64,000 bases of DNA from the IMG/VR virus record IMGVR_UViG_3300031994_000009, one strand, 5' to 3'. This document shows, piece after piece, positions 62,615 through 64,000 of the stretch. The notes under the pieces are model-generated. The model did no database searches. It saw only the letters and a list, made by a program, of their open reading frames with translations, and had not been told where the DNA came from. Numbering within the stretch: position 1 is the stretch's first letter; every line of letters begins with the position of its first letter. This DNA comes from a virus. Lineage: Duplodnaviria; Caudoviricetes. The position numbers and the translations under genes are program-made.

Positions 62615-64000
62615 TGGCAAACGGTTGGCAAAATATTCAACAAGAATTTCTTAACAACGCTGTTAGGAATGCAGTTAACGCGCAAACGGATCAGATAATA
62701 TGGGATGCTGGCATGGATTTCATAAACGATCGGACCAGCTTCTTCGATTCAAGACTGTACAGGCAACTGAGTTTGTTCACAAGCAGCGAAAAATCACAAA
62801 GAGACGAGCTATTCTACCCGCATTTCGACTATGGATCATTCGTGACAGATGTATACGAAACCCCGACATCCGTGCAACAGATGATAGAGGAGGCAAAAGA
62901 CGAGAACCAAAAACAAGGATTAATAAAAAGAAAAGAATACATTGAAGACTTTATCAACAAGAACTACAATGCATATTTGTCACACAGATCCCTTGTACAC
63001 CCATACGCTCTCGTCAGGCTTGCTGGATCTTTTGGACGACCATCCACAGTTTCACTGTTCCTAACATACGATCAGTTCAACAAGAGGAAATTCTATGAGA
63101 TAGACGGCGAGGAGAAATTCTCTGGAAACTACTCCAAGACCCCGACGACTACAACACTCATCAAATGGGGAAACGAATCACAGAGGGGAAAGACCCCATA
63201 TTCGTTCCAAGATTTCATATTCTGCAAGTGGTGGAATAAGATAGAGAACAACAGATTGATAACACTAAGACGTTATGCCGCTCCAGTGACAGACAACATA
63301 GAATTCTCAGATTATGAAGTGAGTCCTATAGCCAATTCAGAAGAAGACGGAACATATCAAATACAAGATTCATCTGGAAACGTTCAGTCTTTCGCTGGAA
63401 GAAACGGAACCGCACCATGGACACCTCTTGCAACCGCAGTAACGTATTTCGGCGAAGAGACTGGAAACAAACTGTCTGACATATTATCATTCTCTGCACA
63501 TTACAATTGGAAAGCGATAGAAGCGGACAAAACCCCGATCGACATCTCATCCACACAGAACGATATGGGAAATGGATTAGTCAGCGATCAAATGAGCGGA
63601 CTGACTAGTGGTCTAGGAACAATAGCGAAATTCATGGGGTTCATGGGCGAAGTAAACAATGGAAGAACATTGAACCTTGATGGTGCGCCATCAACGCTTC
63701 CTCCAGATCCATATAAGAACGGTCCTTACGAAAACAGGATTCTAGGTCCAGTCAATGTCATCATGAACACATACAGAAGGGAAAGGGGGCTTGAGTTCAA
63801 ACAGGACGGGCTGAAGATAAAGTTCGAATACGTATCTAGGCCGATCGCTGGAATAAACAACAAGGCCGTTCTACTTGATCTGATGTCAAACATACTTGTC
63901 CTAACATACTCGTCTGGATCATGGTTCGGAGGAATGTGGAGATACAAATGCGACAAGCCAGCCGTTTATCCATGGAAATATGGAGACGCGATGAACAAAA
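62614..64000 (+). CDS. Late structural-operon protein, truncated by the window end; not in the ORF track
   Basis: The ATG overlaps the previous stop (TAATG). The frame is open to the end of the window: MANGWQNIQQEF...DFIFCKWWNKIENNRLITLRRYAAPVTDN... Confidence 0.7.
   Translation, partial: MANGWQNIQQEFLNNAVRNAVNAQTDQIIWDAGMDFINDRTSFFDSRLYRQLSLFTSSEKSQRDELFYPHFDYGSFVTDVYETPTSVQQMIEEAKDENQKQGLIKRKEYIEDFINKNYNAYLSHRSLVHPYALVRLAGSFGRPSTVSLFLTYDQFNKRKFYEIDGEEKFSGNYSKTPTTTTLIKWGNESQRGKTPYSFQDFIFCKWWNKIENNRLITLRRYAAPVTDNIEFSDYEVSPIANSEEDGTYQIQDSSGNVQSFAGRNGTAPWTPLATAVTYFGEETGNKLSDILSFSAHYNWKAIEADKTPIDISSTQNDMGNGLVSDQMSGLTSGLGTIAKFMGFMGEVNNGRTLNLDGAPSTLPPDPYKNGPYENRILGPVNVIMNTYRRERGLEFKQDGLKIKFEYVSRPIAGINNKAVLLDLMSNILVLTYSSGSWFGGMWRYKCDKPAVYPWKYGDAMNK

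Overview
This is a 64-kb segment of a large T4-like (myovirus-type) jumbo phage genome. It is AT-rich, uses the standard genetic code, and most likely infects a Bacteroidota host: five copies of the Bacteroidetes TAnnTTTG -7 promoter precede DNA-metabolism genes. Morphogenesis genes include tail sheath, tail tube, a probable tape measure, a baseplate wedge, portal, gp2, gp4, a neck protein and a long run of baseplate/fibre-like genes. Replication and recombination genes include the C-terminal half of a split family-B DNA polymerase carrying a mini-intein, UvsX, UvsY, UvsW, a DinG-like helicase and an NAD-dependent ligase. Also present are thyA, folA, dam, a sigma factor, three metallophosphoesterases, a nucleotidyltransferase, a GH73 glucosaminidase, two glycosyltransferases, a ferritin-like protein and a WG-repeat protein. 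Eleven T4-type late promoters (nATAAATA, 21-29 bp before ATG) separate late from early units. The most unusual signal is non-coding: a conserved 25-26 bp site (TTTGTGymAwCAAGTATATAATTAC, three copies) lies just downstream of small AT-rich orphan ORFs. In two cases an identical inverted 10-bp arm (TGTGCCATCA) sits on the other side of the ORF, forming 231-280 bp single-gene cassettes that look like units of a site-specific gene-capture system. Other notable items are two paralogous HExxH metalloproteases wedged into thyA-folA and uvsX-uvsY, late non-structural proteins with putative prohead-protease propeptides, a codon-specific hypervariable WG-repeat array, and apparent CCGG loss with GATC excess. 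I saw no tRNA, rRNA or CRISPR array. All family assignments come from motif recognition by eye, not database searches.
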